Program-made: the position numbers and the translations under genes
Assembly (NCBI GenBank): GCA_964016885.1
Contig: OZ024742.1
Location: forward strand, 338,396,001-338,460,000
Length of the DNA stretch: 64,000 nucleotides
Source: Eledone cirrhosa
Taxonomy: Eukaryota
Direction: 5' to 3'
Shown: one piece after another, positions 1 through 14,649 of the stretch
How positions within the stretch are numbered: position 1 is the stretch's first letter
Layout of the letters: each line of letters starts with the position of its first letter
The notes under the pieces: model-generated
Told to the model about the DNA's origin: nothing
The model's database searches: none
Seen by the model: the letters and a program-made list of their open reading frames with translations, nothing else

Positions 1-54
1 GTTTATTTACTTCCGCCGGCCATTACATTTCCTTAAATCTCAGTCAAAATATTT

Positions 55-410
55 TGGTCTGAAATTTTACATCTTTTCCCTTCTCACCTTTCTGATATAA
101 AGTATCTTTATCTGAAATATATTATCTGTCCCACACGGAACATATGAGATTAACAATAGAGAAATATTTGAATTGAAAAACTATCGGAGGAACATACGAA
201 GAAGAGGTTAGTAATTTTGAAAGAAGTTGTTTGTGAAATTTTATTAATAAACGTGAATTGTTGGTGATATTCTGTGTAACTTACAACATATAAATATATA
301 CGAATAAATAATCTACAAAGGATCAACGTGACAACATCTGCTTCATTAACAAAATTACATTTGTTCCACCTCGACTCTATTATATCAACATTGGCCGCCA
401 ATTATGTTAT
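55..410 (+). promoter_or_regulatory. Duplicated non-coding block, probably the promoter or non-coding first exon of the ZNF gene
   Basis: Nearly identical to 20118-20465. Contains a splice-donor-like GAAGAG|GTTAGT at ~207 (GTAAGT in the other copy). TTACTTCCGC (ETS-like) lies upstream of both copies. Function is inferred. Confidence 0.4.
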
Positions 411-899
411 CAAACCAACTCCTTTCTCTTCCCAATTGTCTCCTACTGAAATCGGTGGGGTTATCTTAATATAGATCTACCCTATATCATTCTAAAATAA
501 CAGGAATTATCGGCACACTATTTTTTTAGCCTGTCACGTTTTAATTTAATTTGGTGAGCTAGTCCTCTGACTTCGAGGTTCTTGTCACTGTTAGTGGCTC
601 ACCTTATTTAATGTATTAAGTGATGTTCACGAAGGTGCCCGGTTATTCTAGCGGCAATACTCCTGTTTTGTTGACTTGCCTGAAAAGTTATTAGAGGGAA
701 AATTCCAGTCCCTTTGGGGCTGTGTGATTGAGTGCCCTAACCACCCGCCCCTTTATATATTTATACATAAGAATTTGACACGGTTCAGTTTATGCAAACA
801 AGGAAAGCTGGAACTGGTGCATAGCCCCACAACCTTTGTCACAGATCTTCTGGGCCCTCCATCACTTACAGTCCCGTGCCTTCTGCATTCTCCAAGGTG

Positions 900-3540
900 A
901 AGTCGAGCTTCTGGAGATCTTCCTTAATCACATCTAGCCATTTTGTGCAGGCCTCTTCCAACCCTCAGCTGCTGCATTAAACGAGAGTAAGGCACTTCTA
1001 GTATGATCTGGCAGAAGGCAGACGACATGTGTACCAACGCATGCAGCAGATGTCTCTGAGAGAGGGGGGTTGCAGGCTGATGTGTGTGTGCATGCAACTG
1101 TTGATCCTTTTTGTGAGGGGCTACGTTTCTGTTCCATAGTGAACAGACCGAAGCATTGTAGATATGGAGCTTCGTCTTCCAGAACATAGAGCAGTGGTAT
1201 GAGGCTTCTGTAGGGAATGCATAAACCCGATGACTAGATCACATCTGCAGTTGATATCAATGGAGTCGGGTCTTCAATGTTGGTGATTGTGGAGTCCAGG
1301 TAAATGGAGGAGCTGATGAACTCCTCAATGCTGGGGCCAGTATGAAGCAGGGGAGGGTGCACTTAACCTGAAGGCCAAACTTTGCCAATTCCTTCCTGAG
1401 CTGGTTGATCAAGTTGGTGAATAAGGTTGTTCCAGAAAGCAATGGCAGAAACTCGTTCACAGACCTTGGTCATCAGATAGTCGATGTCACCGTTGAAGAG
1501 ATCAGAGGCAAACATGCCCTTTCTGAAACTGCTGTTGATGGGGACCCAGATGGAGTCCTTCCCGTTCATCCACATGCAACTCTCGGCACTGCTATAGAAC
1601 CATTGGAGCAGGGTGGTGTGCCGATGAGGCTGAGAATTTTCAAGAGGGATGCGTGGTCGTCCATGTCGAAAACTGCGTTGTGTTCAGCGAAAGAAACATA
1701 TAGGTCCCGATGTTTGCAGAATTCCTAATGTCTATTAATAATGAAACAGAGGATTGAAATGTGGGTGGTGGTAGATCAATTTGGCATGAATCTGGCTTGT
1801 TGTAGGTGACGTCTGCTTCTAATGGCTGAGAAGGATCTTGGTGAAGAGCTTCCTCAGGTTAGGGAAGAGTGTGATGCCCCTGTGGTTGTTACAGATGAGT
1901 TTTTCACCCTTCCATTTGCAGAACAGGAGGATGATGCCCCACTGTCCAGTCATTTGTGAGCTGCTCCGACACCTATATATAGTTGATGATGCGTGTGACT
2001 CACTGGTTCATTATCTCCATCCTCCTTCAACATCTCCACAGCAGATTCCAAGGGGTTTGTGGTTGTTGAGCTTCTTAAGGACAACACTGACTTTGTCAGG
2101 AGTGACAGGATGAAGACAGCAAGTGCCATTGCTGTCTTCGATGATGGCTAGGCTGGGAACGATTGGGAGGATTAGGTAATGAAGAAAGCTGAAGTGCTCT
2201 TTCCAGGATTCTAGATGGGCAGTTTCTGAAGTCATAACGTTGAGGTTAGTATTCATCACCAGAGCTGTCTTTATCTGGTGACCAGCACCGGCAATGCGAA
2301 GTGTGTGTCTGAGGTTGTTGTTCCTTGCCTCTGTCACCAAGCACCTGTCTTCTTTCTCTGAGAACTTCTCCCAGTTATCTGTGATGATCTTGTTGTATAT
2401 CTGGTTGAGCCAGCGGTACTCATGTTGCTATGCAGGTGGGTATGTGATGTCATTTGATTATCTCTAGCAGTGAAATCCCGGCCAGTTTCGGAAGAGGTGT
2501 TGAGTTTACCAGGATGTTACGTGTAAATGAGTTGATGGTTGATTTGAAGAAGTTTCAGTTTTCAGTCTTGTTCTTGGCCAAGGTACTGAAGATAAAACAC
2601 ATCAATGTAGGCGTGATGTTGGGATCATAGAGACAGGATGAGTGAAGGTGGAACTGGTGGCAGGGTCTGCCTGCAACTTCAACTTCAGTGTCGCAGCCAG
2701 CAATTAATGGGTATTGCTGAGTTGAGCTCTTCTGCAGACCTGGCACTTGGTGACAAACGACCTCCAGTGGTACCTGATGATGTAGCCATTTGGAATGTAC
2801 TAATTCCGGTAATGGATAAGTTTGCAGGGGAATCAGGTGTCAGTGATACAGAGATTGTTGTAGCAGCAGGCAGTTAATGTTGTCATTGGTGGATGGGTCA
2901 GGTAATGTTGTGCCAATGGGCTGAGTCTGTTGGAGGGAGCCTGGCAGAAGAGGAGATTGTAGCATTGGCGTCTGTCAGGATGATTGTGATGTCATTGTCT
3001 GTAGGGGTATAGGCAATGATAGTCATGTTCACGTGTCAGTGGTGAAAAAGGCTGTATAGCAAATGATTGCTCACCGAGTTCCAGCTTATGAGTGACTTGC
3101 GGATGTACTTGGGTATGACCAGTGCCACACTGCAGAGGCCTGTTAGGTTCCCTGGACCACTCCAGATGTGGCTGTGGTCTCCCGCAATGAATTTATTATT
3201 GTCAGGCCAGCATCTCTCACAGAGTCCTGTTAGTGTGATAGCTCTCAGGATAGCAAAGTGGCTATCCTGGGGGTGAATGAGCAAGAAGACATTCCATGTG
3301 GCAACACAAATTTTGTAGCGTAAGTTGATTTCTCGCTGGTCAGAGGCATGATGGGATCTGTTCCAATGTTGGGCAGTCCAGTTTCTTTTGGTCAGTGTCA
3401 TCGCAGGTTGAGGGTTCGTCTGTGTGGGTTGTTGGTCCTCCGCAGAAGAGTTGGATGATGGAGCTGCTGTCAAACTGACACATCGCATTTCACCATTGAT
3501 CTGGAGACTGGCCCACCTATGGGAACCTCCCACCGGGTAT
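900..3540 (-). mobile_element. Decayed LINE (APE endonuclease + RT, probably RTE clade)
   Basis: Minus-strand fragments give ICVATWNV (APE N-terminus), VSVVLKKLNNHKPLG and RT-like segments, with many stops and frameshifts. Confidence 0.7.
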
Positions 3541-4456
3541 GAAAAATAAACTCAAGTGTGGCAATTTAAAAATTCCCCCACTGGTAACTATTCATGAAGC
3601 ATTTCATTGAAATATTCACGAGTAAGATCCTGTACAATTTTGAATGTTATCAGAAGGATTTAAAATATTATTTAGGCTTTTATAGGAAGCCAGTGAAGAG
3701 TCATAATAAACTCAGAAGTATGAGCTTATTTCTTTCTAACAAATATCCTAGCTGTTGTATTCTAAATCAGTTGCAGTCTTATTTGATATTAAGGTAAGTT
3801 ATATAGTAACACATTACCATTGTTCAGTCTGTCTGATAAATAGGACTTTAGTTATTTGAATATGCCTGTTACTCCAAAGTGTTTCTCCATCTTGTTGAGT
3901 ACAATTTTGTAGTCAATGTAATTAGAAAACATCAGCCCTATGTAGAAAAAAGTAGTTTGCGATATTTGTTTTTTGTTTCAGTTATTTTATTAAATGCCTT
4001 AAACATGAGTGCTTGCCTAAGAAAGGGTTGAAAGGATCCTTCAGTTGTAAGGGCACGAAAACCTCCCTAGTGTTGGTGATCTACATGATAAACACACCCA
4101 GTATTTACTGTAATGTGGTTGGTGATATGAAGGGTATCCAGCTGGCTAAAACAAAGGTTTAGGAGGTCCCTCTTATTGTGTCCAAGACAGGACAACCTCC
4201 CTAGTCCTGGAGCCATGATAAAATGTACTTTGGTGAGATGTAGACACCTGGCCTGTCTGGGAGCTCAATAGAAGTACTTCAGTAGTGACTCAGTTTGTGA
4301 AAAGCTGTCCAACTCTTGGTAGTAGAGAAATGGATGTTAGATCATTATACTAATAAATAGTTAGGAATTTATAGATACAGATCAATCAGGTACTGTTTAT
4401 TTCTGTCTTATGAATTTCATATCCTAAGTATGGCAATATAGGAATACTGATTATAT

Positions 4457-7400
4457 CATCATCATCATCATCAACGTTTAACGTCCGTGTTCCACGCTTG
4501 CATGGGTTTGGACGGGGGTAGTCCCACTTGAGGCAAGAGTGATTGTCTTGCTCGCATAGGACTGTCTGGCAGGTTTTCTACAGTTGGATGCCCTTCCTAA
4601 CACCAACCACATTTACAGTGTGGGGCTGGGAGGTTTTTACCGTGTTGCCTACACGGCCACATTACAGCGTGGACTGTGTGTTTTTTTGTCGTGACACCTA
4701 CACGATCTCATTTGTTTCGGCCTATGGCGCGGCACCAACATAACTTTACATAGAACGGGGTGGTGTGGATGGGGTGGGGGTGGTGGTGGTGGGACGGGGT
4801 GTATTTTGTTAGAGATGCCTACTGGTTGGAGTAGGTTTTACTATATATTTAGGTAAGGCGGGTCTTCTCTGTTACTGAGTACCGCCAAAGGTCTCGGTCC
4901 AGTGACATTGTCTTGGAAAGGTGTAAGTGTGTGATGTCGGAGTTTATCAGCTCGTCCCAGGTTTTTCTAGGTCTGCCTATTCCGTGACTACCGTCTATCT
5001 TTATTGCCCTGCACTTTGTTATACAGCTATCGACTTTCAGGCACATCACGTGTCCATACCAACATAGCCTTCTCTCGAGTAAACAACATCTGATCCCTCT
5101 TATCTCTAATTTTTTCCTTAGTTCGTTTATGCTTTGCCGTTCACGTATATTACTGTTACACATCCAGCGGAGCATGCAAGCTTCGTTCCTCTCTAGTCTG
5201 CGTATATCCTCTGCACACAATGCCCAGGTCTCACTGCCATGCAGCATTGCTGTTCGTATGCAGGCATCGTACAACCTGCCTTTCATTTTTAGGGAGAACC
5301 CTTTAGCAGCTAATAGTGGTATAAGCTCTCTGAACTTTTTCCAACCAGTTCTGACTCTAGCTACAGTACTTTCAGAGCACCCTCCCACACTGCTGATTTT
5401 ATCGCCCAGGTAACGGAAGCTGTCCACTATTTTTATAGAACCCTCTGCGCAATTGAAAGAGCTAGTATTTTGTGGGCACTTGCTGCTACTTATTGCACCA
5501 GAACACCGGCCTCATGTAAAATCTATGTTCTTAGTTAGCTTACCTGTGATCCCACTACATCTTTTATGCACCCATACTTTGCATTTAGGACATAAAATGG
5601 AGTTTCTACCTACGCCTTTCCTACACACCGAGCACGACCATTTCCCAGAAGGGACCGCCGCCTTGTTTTCTTTCCTACAAACTAGAACTTTGGTCTTAGC
5701 CAGGTTAATTTTAAGTCCTTTTGACTCTATGTCGTGCTTCCATGTTTGGAATTTCTTCTCTAGCTTGGCCATTGATTCCGCTATGAGTGTCAGGTCGTCT
5801 GCGTATAGGAGTTCCCATGGGCAGCCTGTCTTGAACTCCTCTGTTATAGCCTGAAGGGCAATAATAAATAGTAGGGGGCTGAGAACAGAGCCCTGATGGA
5901 CGCCAACTTTTACGCTAAACTCTTCACTATATTCGTTGTTAATTCTAACCTTGCTGACTGTTTCTTTATACATGGCTTGTATAGCCCTCACAAGCCATTC
6001 GTCAACGCCTAGTTTTCTAAGAGCCCACCAGATAATGGAGCGGGGGACTCTGTCGAAGGCTTTCTCCAAGTCGACAAAAGCTAAGTAGAGGGGTTTACCT
6101 TTAGCTAGGTACTTCTCCTGTAGTTGTCGTACTATGAAAAGAGCGTCTGTGGTACTTTTGCCTGACACAAACCCGAACTGCATTTCATCTAGGTCGATTC
6201 TCTCTCTGATTAGTTGCGCTATTACTTTTTCCGTGACCTTCATGACCTGGTCGATTAATTTAATGCCTCTATAGTTACTCCTATCTAGGGCGTCTCCTTT
6301 ACCCTTATAACAGTTAACGATGATGCTGCTATGCCAGTCCTTCGGAACAACCCCATTCTGTACGACTTGGTTAACTATGCGGGTGACCATGGTGTGTCCC
6401 ACCGTGCCAGATGCCTTCAGCATCTCAGCAACTATTTCCGAAGGCCCAGCCGCCTTACCCGTCTTCATATCCTTGATTGCCTTACTTATTATACTCCCCT
6501 CGACTAACACTGCTGGTCCCTCTATTGGGTCGATATGGGGGAGACTGTCTTTCTCCCATTTATTCTCCTCATTTAGTAGCCTTTCGTAGTGACACTTCCA
6601 AGCTACCTTCTTATCAGCGTCGGTGATGGCAAGTGTGCCATCGTCGTTTAGTACACACTTCTCCCCGACAATATCACGGTTTTCCTTGACGCATTGCCTA
6701 GCAATCCTGAACACCTCACGTTTTTGGTCATCGCGTTGTAGAACATGCTTGAACTTTCTTTCCTCAGCTTCCCTTCTTGCTAAGTACACTTGTCTCCTAG
6801 CTTCCCTCCTGGCCACTTGATAGTCTTCTCTACTTCCCCCATTCCGCCATACTTTCCAAGCCTGCTTTTTGGCCTTAATTGACCCCTCCACCTTACTGTT
6901 CCACCACCATGTTACTCTCCTCCTGCCTACAGGCCTGCTCCAGCCACAGACTTCGTCTGTCGCCAACAGCAGGTTTGCTTTCAGAAATTCCCACTCTCCC
7001 TCTATATTGTCCGACTCTAAATGTTCTTCCTTACTGTCGAAAGCATCAAGTAATATGCTTTGAAATTTATTCCTGGCTGTGGGGTCCTTTAGCTTCCATA
7101 TTTTTCTCCTGAGGATAGTCCTCTTCTGCTGTCGAGTACGTCTCGTCCTGACTATGAGGTCGCTAATTATCAGTCTATGTTGGGAGGTGCATTCTTCATG
7201 GGGGAGGGATTTGGTGTTTACAACAGACACTCTGTCACGTCTTCTGGTAAGGATATAATCTACCTGGCTTGTGTGTTCCCCGGATCTATAGGTGATCAGG
7301 TGATTGTCACGTTTTTTGAAGTTAGTGTTACAGATAGTTAGGTTATTTGCATCACAGAATTCCAGGATTCTGGAGCCTTCCTCATTTCTAGTACCAAACC

Positions 7401-7490
7401 CATAGCCTCCATGGATTTCGTCGTAGCCGTCACAATATTGTCCAACGTGCCCATTTAGGTCGCCTGCAATAATTATATAGTCACTGTCGG
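4457..7490 (-). mobile_element. RTE-clade LINE, 5'-truncated, ORF broken by one stop
   Basis: ORF 5512-7521 has APE motifs (GDLNGHVG, SQVDYIL, SQHRL) and RT motifs (FVDLEKAFD, GVHQGSVLSP, LYADD). It continues in 4849-5427 after a TGA that is TGT in the 26.9 kb copy. 3' UTR ends in a (GAT)n tail at 4457. Confidence 0.93.
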
Positions 7491-7949
7491 ATAAATAAGT
7501 AAAATAATTAAAGCAAGACAAAATAAAACAGGGTTTATGTGGTGGGGTGGATGTTTAAAAATAAGGATTGGTAAAAAGAATCACCTTAAGACACCCCCAA
7601 AACTAACAAACAAGTTCTGTACAATCAGATCTGATCTTTTTTGATTATATATAGAAGACACTGAAATCCAGTGGTATATTGTTTTGTGACTGTTGCTTAA
7701 GAAATTTGGCTATTTAGATCTACAAAAATTCTTATTTCTACTTATACCTTCTTTCCTTTCTTCCATTCCCATTCATGTCTACTTATTTCTATCACTAATC
7801 TGTTTTCTTTCTTGATAGAAGTGATAGTTCATTATTTATTTTTTGTTTGCAGTTAAACATGTTACATAAAAGAACTTTTAGTTAATTTAAAGAAAATGAG
7901 AGACCATTTCGTTGGTATCCCCAGGTCAGACTGTGTGTATATGTATTAT

Positions 7950-8370
7950 ATATGACATATTCCTATTTCTGACTTACTATGTGTATATATTTCCAGTATC
8001 TTACTATATATTCATTGTGTATATATTTCCAATATCAGTCATACTGTCATATATATTCCTATATCTGACTTACTATGTATATATTTCCAATATCAGACAT
8101 ACTGTATATATATCCTATATCAGTCATACTGTCATATATATTCCTATATCTAACTTATTATGTACATATTTCCAATATCAGTCATACTGTATATATATCC
8201 TATATCAGACATACTGTATATATATCCTATATCAGTCATACTGTCATATATATTCCTATATCTGACTTACTATGTATATATTACCAATATCAGACATACT
8301 GTATATATATATCCTATATCAGCCATACTGTCATATATATTCCTATATCTGACTTATTATGTATATATTA
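7950..8370. repeat. Imperfect minisatellite, unit about CATACTGTATATATATCCTATATCAG
   Basis: Repeated catactgt...cctatatc motifs upstream of the ZNF coding exon. Confidence 0.75.
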
Positions 8371-8603
8371 TCATGACTGTAGTCAAGACACTTTTCTCTA
8401 ATGACTTACAATGTGTCAACAGTGAAAATATCCCTAATATTTTATTCTTTCTTTATATATTTCAGATTATCTGAAACTGTTTCTTTACAACTGAAACATT
8501 TTCAGACTTTCACAAAGATAACAGTTGAAGAAAATATAGTCTTAAAAATATTTCGTGAAAAATTCAAGAGAAGTAATTTTCTGTTTTGTAAAGAATATTT
8601 GAA

Positions 8604-10832
8604 ATGATGGAGAAAAAAGCATACCATTGTGTTACCTGTGGTCAATCTTTCCATTCTAATTCTTCTTTACGAAACCATAAACGTATTCACACTGGTAGAA
8701 GACAATTTCCCTGTGATATCTGTGGTAAAACATGCTCTGATAATTCAGGTTTAACTATACATAAACGTACCCACACTGGAGAAAAACCATACCATTGTGA
8801 AATGTGTGAGAAAACCTTCTATGATAATTCTGCTTTAACTACTCACAAACGTATTCACACTGGAGAAAAACCATACCGTTGTGAAATCTGTGGTAAAGTT
8901 TTCTCTGAGAAAAGAAGTTTATTGATTCATTCTCGTAGTCACACTGGAGAAAAACCATACCAGTGTGAAATCTGTGGTAAAACATTTTCTGTTAAATGTT
9001 CTTTAACTACACATAAACGTATTCATACAGGAGAGAAACCATACCATTGTGATATCTGTGGTAAAACCTTCTCAGTTAGCACCTCTTTATCATCACATAA
9101 ACTTAATCACACAGGTGAGAAACCATACCACTGTGATATTTGTGGTAAAGCATTCCTTACAAATAGTAATTTGGTGGAACATAAACGTATTCACACTGGA
9201 GAGAAGCCATACCATTGTCAAATTTGTGGTAAATTATTCTCTCAAAATCGTAGTTTAGTGGTCCATCAAGTTGTCCATACAGGAGAAAAACCATACCATT
9301 GTGATGTTTGCAGTAATTCATTCTCTACAAAGTGTCATTTAGTTACACACAAGCGTACCCACACAGGAGAACGACCATTTGAATGTGATATCTGTGGTAA
9401 AACATTTTCCAGTAAGAACACTTTAACGTACCATAAACATATTCATACGGGAGAAAAACCATACAAATGTGATACATGTGGTAAGAGTTTTGCACTGAGT
9501 CAGTATTTATCTAACCACAAACTTATACATACAGGAGAGAAGCCATACCACTGTGATATTTGTGGTAAAACATTCCCTCGAAATAGAGAGTTATCACTAC
9601 ACAAACGTATCCACACAGGCGAGAAACCGCACCACTGTGATATTTGTGGTAAAGCCTTCAGAATATCTGGTCATTTAACTAAACACAAACGTACTCACAC
9701 TGGAGAGAAACCATTTCATTGTGATATCTGTGGTAAGTCATTCACTAATAGTTCTGCTTTAGCCAAACACAAACTTGTTCATACTGGAGATAAACCATAT
9801 CCCTGTGATATCTGTGGTAAAAACCTTTCTACTAGTAGTATTTTAACTACACACAAACGTATTCACACAGGAGAGAAGCCATACCATTGTGATATCTGTG
9901 GTAAAACATTCACTGATCCGAGTTCTGTCTCATCTCATAAACGTATTCATATTGGACATACTGGAGAAAGACATCGTTGTAATATCTGTGGTAAAATATT
10001 CACAACTGGTAATTCTTTATCTAACCACCAAACTATTCACACAGGAGAGAAGCCACACCAATGCGATATCTGTGGTAAAGCATTTTCTCAAAATGGTAAT
10101 TTATTGAGGCATAAACGTCTTCACACTGGAGAGAAACCACATGACTGTGATATCTGTAGTAAGACCTTCTCTGATAGTGCTTCTTTGAAAATACACACCC
10201 GTTCTCACACAGGAGAGAAGCCATACCGGTGTGATATCTGTGGTAAATCATTCTCTCAAAACAGTCATTTGTTGAACCATAAACATATTCACACAGGTGA
10301 GAAACCATATCACTGTGATATCTGTGGTAAATCATTCTCATATAGTTCTTCTTTAGCCAAACACAAACCTATTCATACTGGAGATAAACCATACCCTTGT
10401 GATATCTGTGGTAAATATTATTCTACTAATATTATTTTAACTAGACACAAACTTATTCACACAGGAGAGAAGCCATATCATTGTGTTATATGTGGTAAAA
10501 CGTTCTGTGACCCGAGTTCTCTTTCATCTCATAAACATATTCATACCGGACAGACTAGAGAAAAATCTTACCAGTGTGATATCTGTGATAAATCATTCTT
10601 TAAAAATAGTCATTTAGTAGCCCATAAACATATTCATACAGGAGAGAAACCATATCAGTGTGATATCTGTGGTAAGTCATTCTCTTATAGTTCTTCTTTA
10701 GCCAAACACAAACCTATTCATACTGGAGATAAACCATACACTTGTGATATCTGTGGTAAAACATTCACTCACCTGAGTACTCTTTCAACTCATAAACGTA
10801 TTCATACCAGACAGACTAGAGAAAAATCTTAA
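8604..10832 (+). CDS. Poly-C2H2 zinc-finger protein, 26 tandem fingers, 742 aa, single coding exon
   Basis: Repeated CxxC-x12-HxxxH motifs with TGEKPY linkers and no KRAB/BTB domain visible. Plausible splice acceptor ATATTTCAG at ~8465. Confidence 0.93.
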   Translation: MMEKKAYHCVTCGQSFHSNSSLRNHKRIHTGRRQFPCDICGKTCSDNSGLTIHKRTHTGEKPYHCEMCEKTFYDNSALTTHKRIHTGEKPYRCEICGKVFSEKRSLLIHSRSHTGEKPYQCEICGKTFSVKCSLTTHKRIHTGEKPYHCDICGKTFSVSTSLSSHKLNHTGEKPYHCDICGKAFLTNSNLVEHKRIHTGEKPYHCQICGKLFSQNRSLVVHQVVHTGEKPYHCDVCSNSFSTKCHLVTHKRTHTGERPFECDICGKTFSSKNTLTYHKHIHTGEKPYKCDTCGKSFALSQYLSNHKLIHTGEKPYHCDICGKTFPRNRELSLHKRIHTGEKPHHCDICGKAFRISGHLTKHKRTHTGEKPFHCDICGKSFTNSSALAKHKLVHTGDKPYPCDICGKNLSTSSILTTHKRIHTGEKPYHCDICGKTFTDPSSVSSHKRIHIGHTGERHRCNICGKIFTTGNSLSNHQTIHTGEKPHQCDICGKAFSQNGNLLRHKRLHTGEKPHDCDICSKTFSDSASLKIHTRSHTGEKPYRCDICGKSFSQNSHLLNHKHIHTGEKPYHCDICGKSFSYSSSLAKHKPIHTGDKPYPCDICGKYYSTNIILTRHKLIHTGEKPYHCVICGKTFCDPSSLSSHKHIHTGQTREKSYQCDICDKSFFKNSHLVAHKHIHTGEKPYQCDICGKSFSYSSSLAKHKPIHTGDKPYTCDICGKTFTHLSTLSTHKRIHTRQTREKS

Positions 10833-11070
10833 CAGTGTGATATCTGTGATAAATCATTCTTTAAAAATAGTCATTTATTAGCCGATAAACGTATTCATAC
10901 AGGAGAGAAACCATATCAGTGTGCTTTCTGTAGTAAGACCTTCTCTTGTAGTACTTCCTTGAAAACACACACTCATTCTCACACAGGAGAGAAACCATAC
11001 CAGTGTGATATCTGTGATAAATCATTCTCTCAAAATCGTCATTTATTAAACCATAACGTATTCACAAATG
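10833..11070 (+). pseudogene. Three further in-frame C2H2 fingers after the stop codon
   Basis: [37 protein letters not shown]...[20 protein letters not shown] follows the TAA. The paralogous block at 10561 has TAC at that position. Confidence 0.8.
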
Positions 11071-11994
11071 TAATAAACCTAAAAAGACACTGAACTGAGA
11101 GGAATAAAGTCAACACACTCCAAACTCTGTCACAGACATGTTTTCACTTCTCTCTGCTTTTTTACCACAACTGCAGTGGCCTCAGTTCCTCAATAGTGGC
11201 TACTTTTGTAACAACTCTACTGAAGTTCTCCTAACGTACTTAAGTCACATGTCACTTCCGATATTGCCTGCCAACACTAACTACTTACATTGTATAATGA
11301 TCATCATTTTCCATTGACTGTTCTATGCTGGCATGGGTTGGATGGGACTTTTTGAGGCAATGTTTTACAACTGGTTTTCTTCCTATAACATACAGAGATA
11401 TGGTCTATATTCTAAACTGGATGCATTAATTTTGTCTGTTTTGTAATATTTTTTTAACTATATTGAATATTTTCCACTTCGATGTAAAATGAAAATAATA
11501 AAATATGCAGGTATAGTTACCACACTTGACAGTTTGTTGTTGTAGCCGTAGGTCAATTCTAATCCAGTAGTTTTATATCAAACATATAATCAATTGAATG
11601 ACTACATGTGACATCCATTTGTTGTTCCTCTTATACTATGACTATTTAGCTGAGAACAATAATGCACACTCTCATGCAGTGATGCAGCATAGCAGTCTGG
11701 GCATGTACTTTTTTCACTGTCCAGTATATTTCCTCTGCAGTTAACTATTTATGTTGTACCTACTATGAGACTAGAGATGCTGTCGTACATGGCTAAGTTT
11801 GTAAGGCTACGTCTTTAGTTTGCTATTGCATTAAGTAAACTCCCATTGTTAAATAGTTTACTTTGCAACCACATAGTTGCATGTTTTATCCCGTTGCATA
11901 TCATTCAAGACAGTTAATGTGAAATTTAGTAGACAGTAACTATATGGAAGACTGTTGTATTTTATAGCAATATTCCATTATTTTCTCTGATTAT

Positions 11995-12195
11995 ATTCAG
12001 CCATTAAGTCACATTCTACGATACACCAAGTCACCCTATGATGCATTCAGTTACACTGTTACACCCTGTCATTCTAAGGTATACCCAGACTTTTTGAAAT
12101 ACACTCTATGATGCACACAGTCATTCTATGATACACTGAGTCACAATATGGTACTTCAAGTCAGACTATGATCCACCCAGCTACTGTATGATACT
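11995..12195. repeat. Degenerate ~20 bp tandem repeat (AGTCACATTCTATGATACAC-like)
   Basis: Recurring agtcac/ctatgat/acac motifs. Confidence 0.55.
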
Positions 12196-13130
12196 TCATT
12201 CTTAAAATACAGTTCTTAGTGACTTTCAGAACAAATATTACAAGGAAACACTTGTTTCTATTGATCTCCTTGAACTCTGCTTGAATTAAATGACCTATAT
12301 GCTCCCTTAGTCATTTGGTGGTCCTTAAGGAAACTAGGTGTAGTAGAGTGGCTTGTAAAAGCAGTGAAAGTCATATAGAGAGGAGCTTTATGAAAACCTG
12401 GTCAGTCACAGTTTGATATTTTTTGGTTTCATATGACCTCACAAAATATATGTAAATGGTGAACATTCAGGTTTTGTAAGTATCAGAAACATAATCAAGA
12501 TAGTAAATAGATTTATTATGGAAACATCAAGGACAAAAATAAATAGTTTCATTTTTTAAAATATTTTGTTATTGAAATGTAGAATATAAAATTAAAAGAA
12601 AAATACTTCAATTACTGAAAATGAAACTTCAGAATAATCAATAGTTAAAGTGTGTATGGGATGAAATGACACCCACATGGCATGTCACCAGCCCAACCAC
12701 TCTGCAGGGAGGGTTAGGTGCTCTTTTGTCATGACACCAACATGAGCACCTTAGATAGTGGAAGAAGGGCTTTCAGCTACTTCAGCAGCATTCTGGGAGA
12801 GTGTTCAGTTTTCCATACTTGTATTCAAACCTTCTCAATTTTGTTATTGACAAAAAAACCCCCAGAAATATGAAAGTATGTATTGAATTTATTTGTCACT
12901 CTAAGTTATAAAATATTATTTAAATCATCAGATGTTTTGTATTAACAAAAGAATGATCATAACAAGTGGAATCAGTAATGTGATGAACTACAAGTTTTTT
13001 TTGTTACAGATATATTGTTATAAGTTGAAATAAGCAGTCAGTGTGGAGATGTATAACCTGAAATATTTTGGACAGAATAAAGTGTATTTTTCTTTTAGTT
13101 CTCATTGAAAATCTTTATCATGTAATTAAT

Positions 13131-13314
13131 TGTTTCTACTATTGGCAGAAGGCCAGCAATTACCCAGTACATTACTGGTACTTTATTTTATCGACCCCGT
13201 AAGGATGAAAGGCAAAGTTAACCTCGGCGGGATTTGAACTCAGAATAGCAAGGGCCGTAACTCTATGCGTCAAAGCATGGCGTCCAACCCTCTACCGACA
13301 CTGCCAATTCACCG
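13131..13314 (-). mobile_element. SINE (tRNA-like head, octopus-type) with target-site duplication
   Basis: Body actggtactttattttatcgaccccg-aaggatgaaaggcaaagt...gatttgaactcag, with a B-box-like GAGTTCAAATCC on the minus strand. Flanked by direct repeat TCTTTATCATGTAATTAAT (13112-13130 and 13315-13333). Confidence 0.85.
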
Positions 13315-13479
13315 TCTTTATCATGTAATTAATGTGGAGTACGTATTCAGCAGCATCTAAGAAAAACAAGATACACTAGGAAAAGGAAGAGAAAGGTAAG
13401 GAAAAAAAAAGGGAAGAAGGATCAATCACTGAAAGAAAGGGTGATGGGGAAAAACTGTTACGACACCCATGACTGAGCG

Positions 13480-14000
13480 GTACCTCAGTTGCACACTGCT
13501 GACAAAACGGTAAAAGTGCTACCACGGAGAATAGCCAGAGACACCCACTGCAACAGTAACCCCACCTCATGGAGCTCCCTTTTCAAGCAAGCTGAGATCT
13601 TTTAGATTTTCCGGAGGAAATCAGCAGTGTAGAGGCCAAGGCCACCAGTGCAAAGAGGAAGCAGTCGACCAGGCCTGGTATTTGACTGTCCTCTGCATCT
13701 TACAAGCTTCGAGAACGAGTCATTGCACGTCGCATCTGAATTTAGGGATATGCCCCCTTTGAAAGGGAAGAGGGTTAATCTGTCAGGGTGCTTGTCATCG
13801 CCACGGTCGAAGACAGCTCGTTCCATCCTTGTCATGATATAGCATGATGGGGGAGCTGCATGAAGGCGGCAAGATAACGGGTACAGACCAAACTCGTCGA
13901 CCACTGCTCCACAATGGCATCTGTGTGGATTCCAAACTGCTCACTCCAATGAGGGTACACTGAAAGTTAATGATTGATGAAGAAGGCACTGAATGGAGTT
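13480..14000 (-). mobile_element. Fragment of an RLE-type non-LTR retrotransposon (CRE-like C-terminus)
   Basis: Translation DDKHPDRLTLFPFKGGISLNSDAT resembles the RPDG..PW..G..L.WDAT motif. Downstream LLQWVSLAILRGS resembles LFQRLSVAVQRGN. Confidence 0.6.
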
Positions 14001-14649
14001 AAGTACCACTGTTTAGTTGAGACAGTGATGTGTATGAAGAAGCTTGTAAATAGGAAAGACATAGAAACAGGCTAAGAAATGTGAGAAAGTAAGAGAATAA
14101 GCCATGAAAGCTTATCTGTGTCTCTGACCAAGAATGACCAACAAAAGCTAGCAGTAATTTAGGTGAATGTTCTTGTACAGGAACTTGAAATATGCAATAG
14201 GCAGGTTGAATATGTGAATGTAGATGTGTGATAGAGTAAAATGTGTTGCCAATACCGTCATTTATATTAGCTTGTATCAGAGCACTTGGCCAGAAATGAA
14301 CATATAAAAATAGCACAATGTCTGTACAGAGGAAATTTAGAAAATACCTGTGGGAAATATAGGTTAAAATATTGTCACACATAAACATATAATGACCAAC
14401 AGTTCGGTTAAATAATTGACGCCACTTGAACTCATCTTTCATACTTTCTAGCTGAGGTACCCAGCTTCACACTGGTAAACATAAGACAAGACCGGTAGAA
14501 GAGAAAACAATTGTAGTGGATGCGTTGTTTGATTTACAGTATGAGGCAAGATCGTGGTGTGTGTGACAAAAAAAAACAACAAAAAAAAAATCACTTTAAA
14601 GTCTTCCAAATACCATATTCTTCATTTTACCGTTACTACGTACTATATG

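Noticed and set aside
553-603. GGTGAGCTA...TGGCTCACC hairpin
   Set aside because: A single short hairpin with no ribozyme or ncRNA signature.
5129-7112. Plus-strand ORFs over the RTE element
   Set aside because: Antisense shadows of the LINE ORF.
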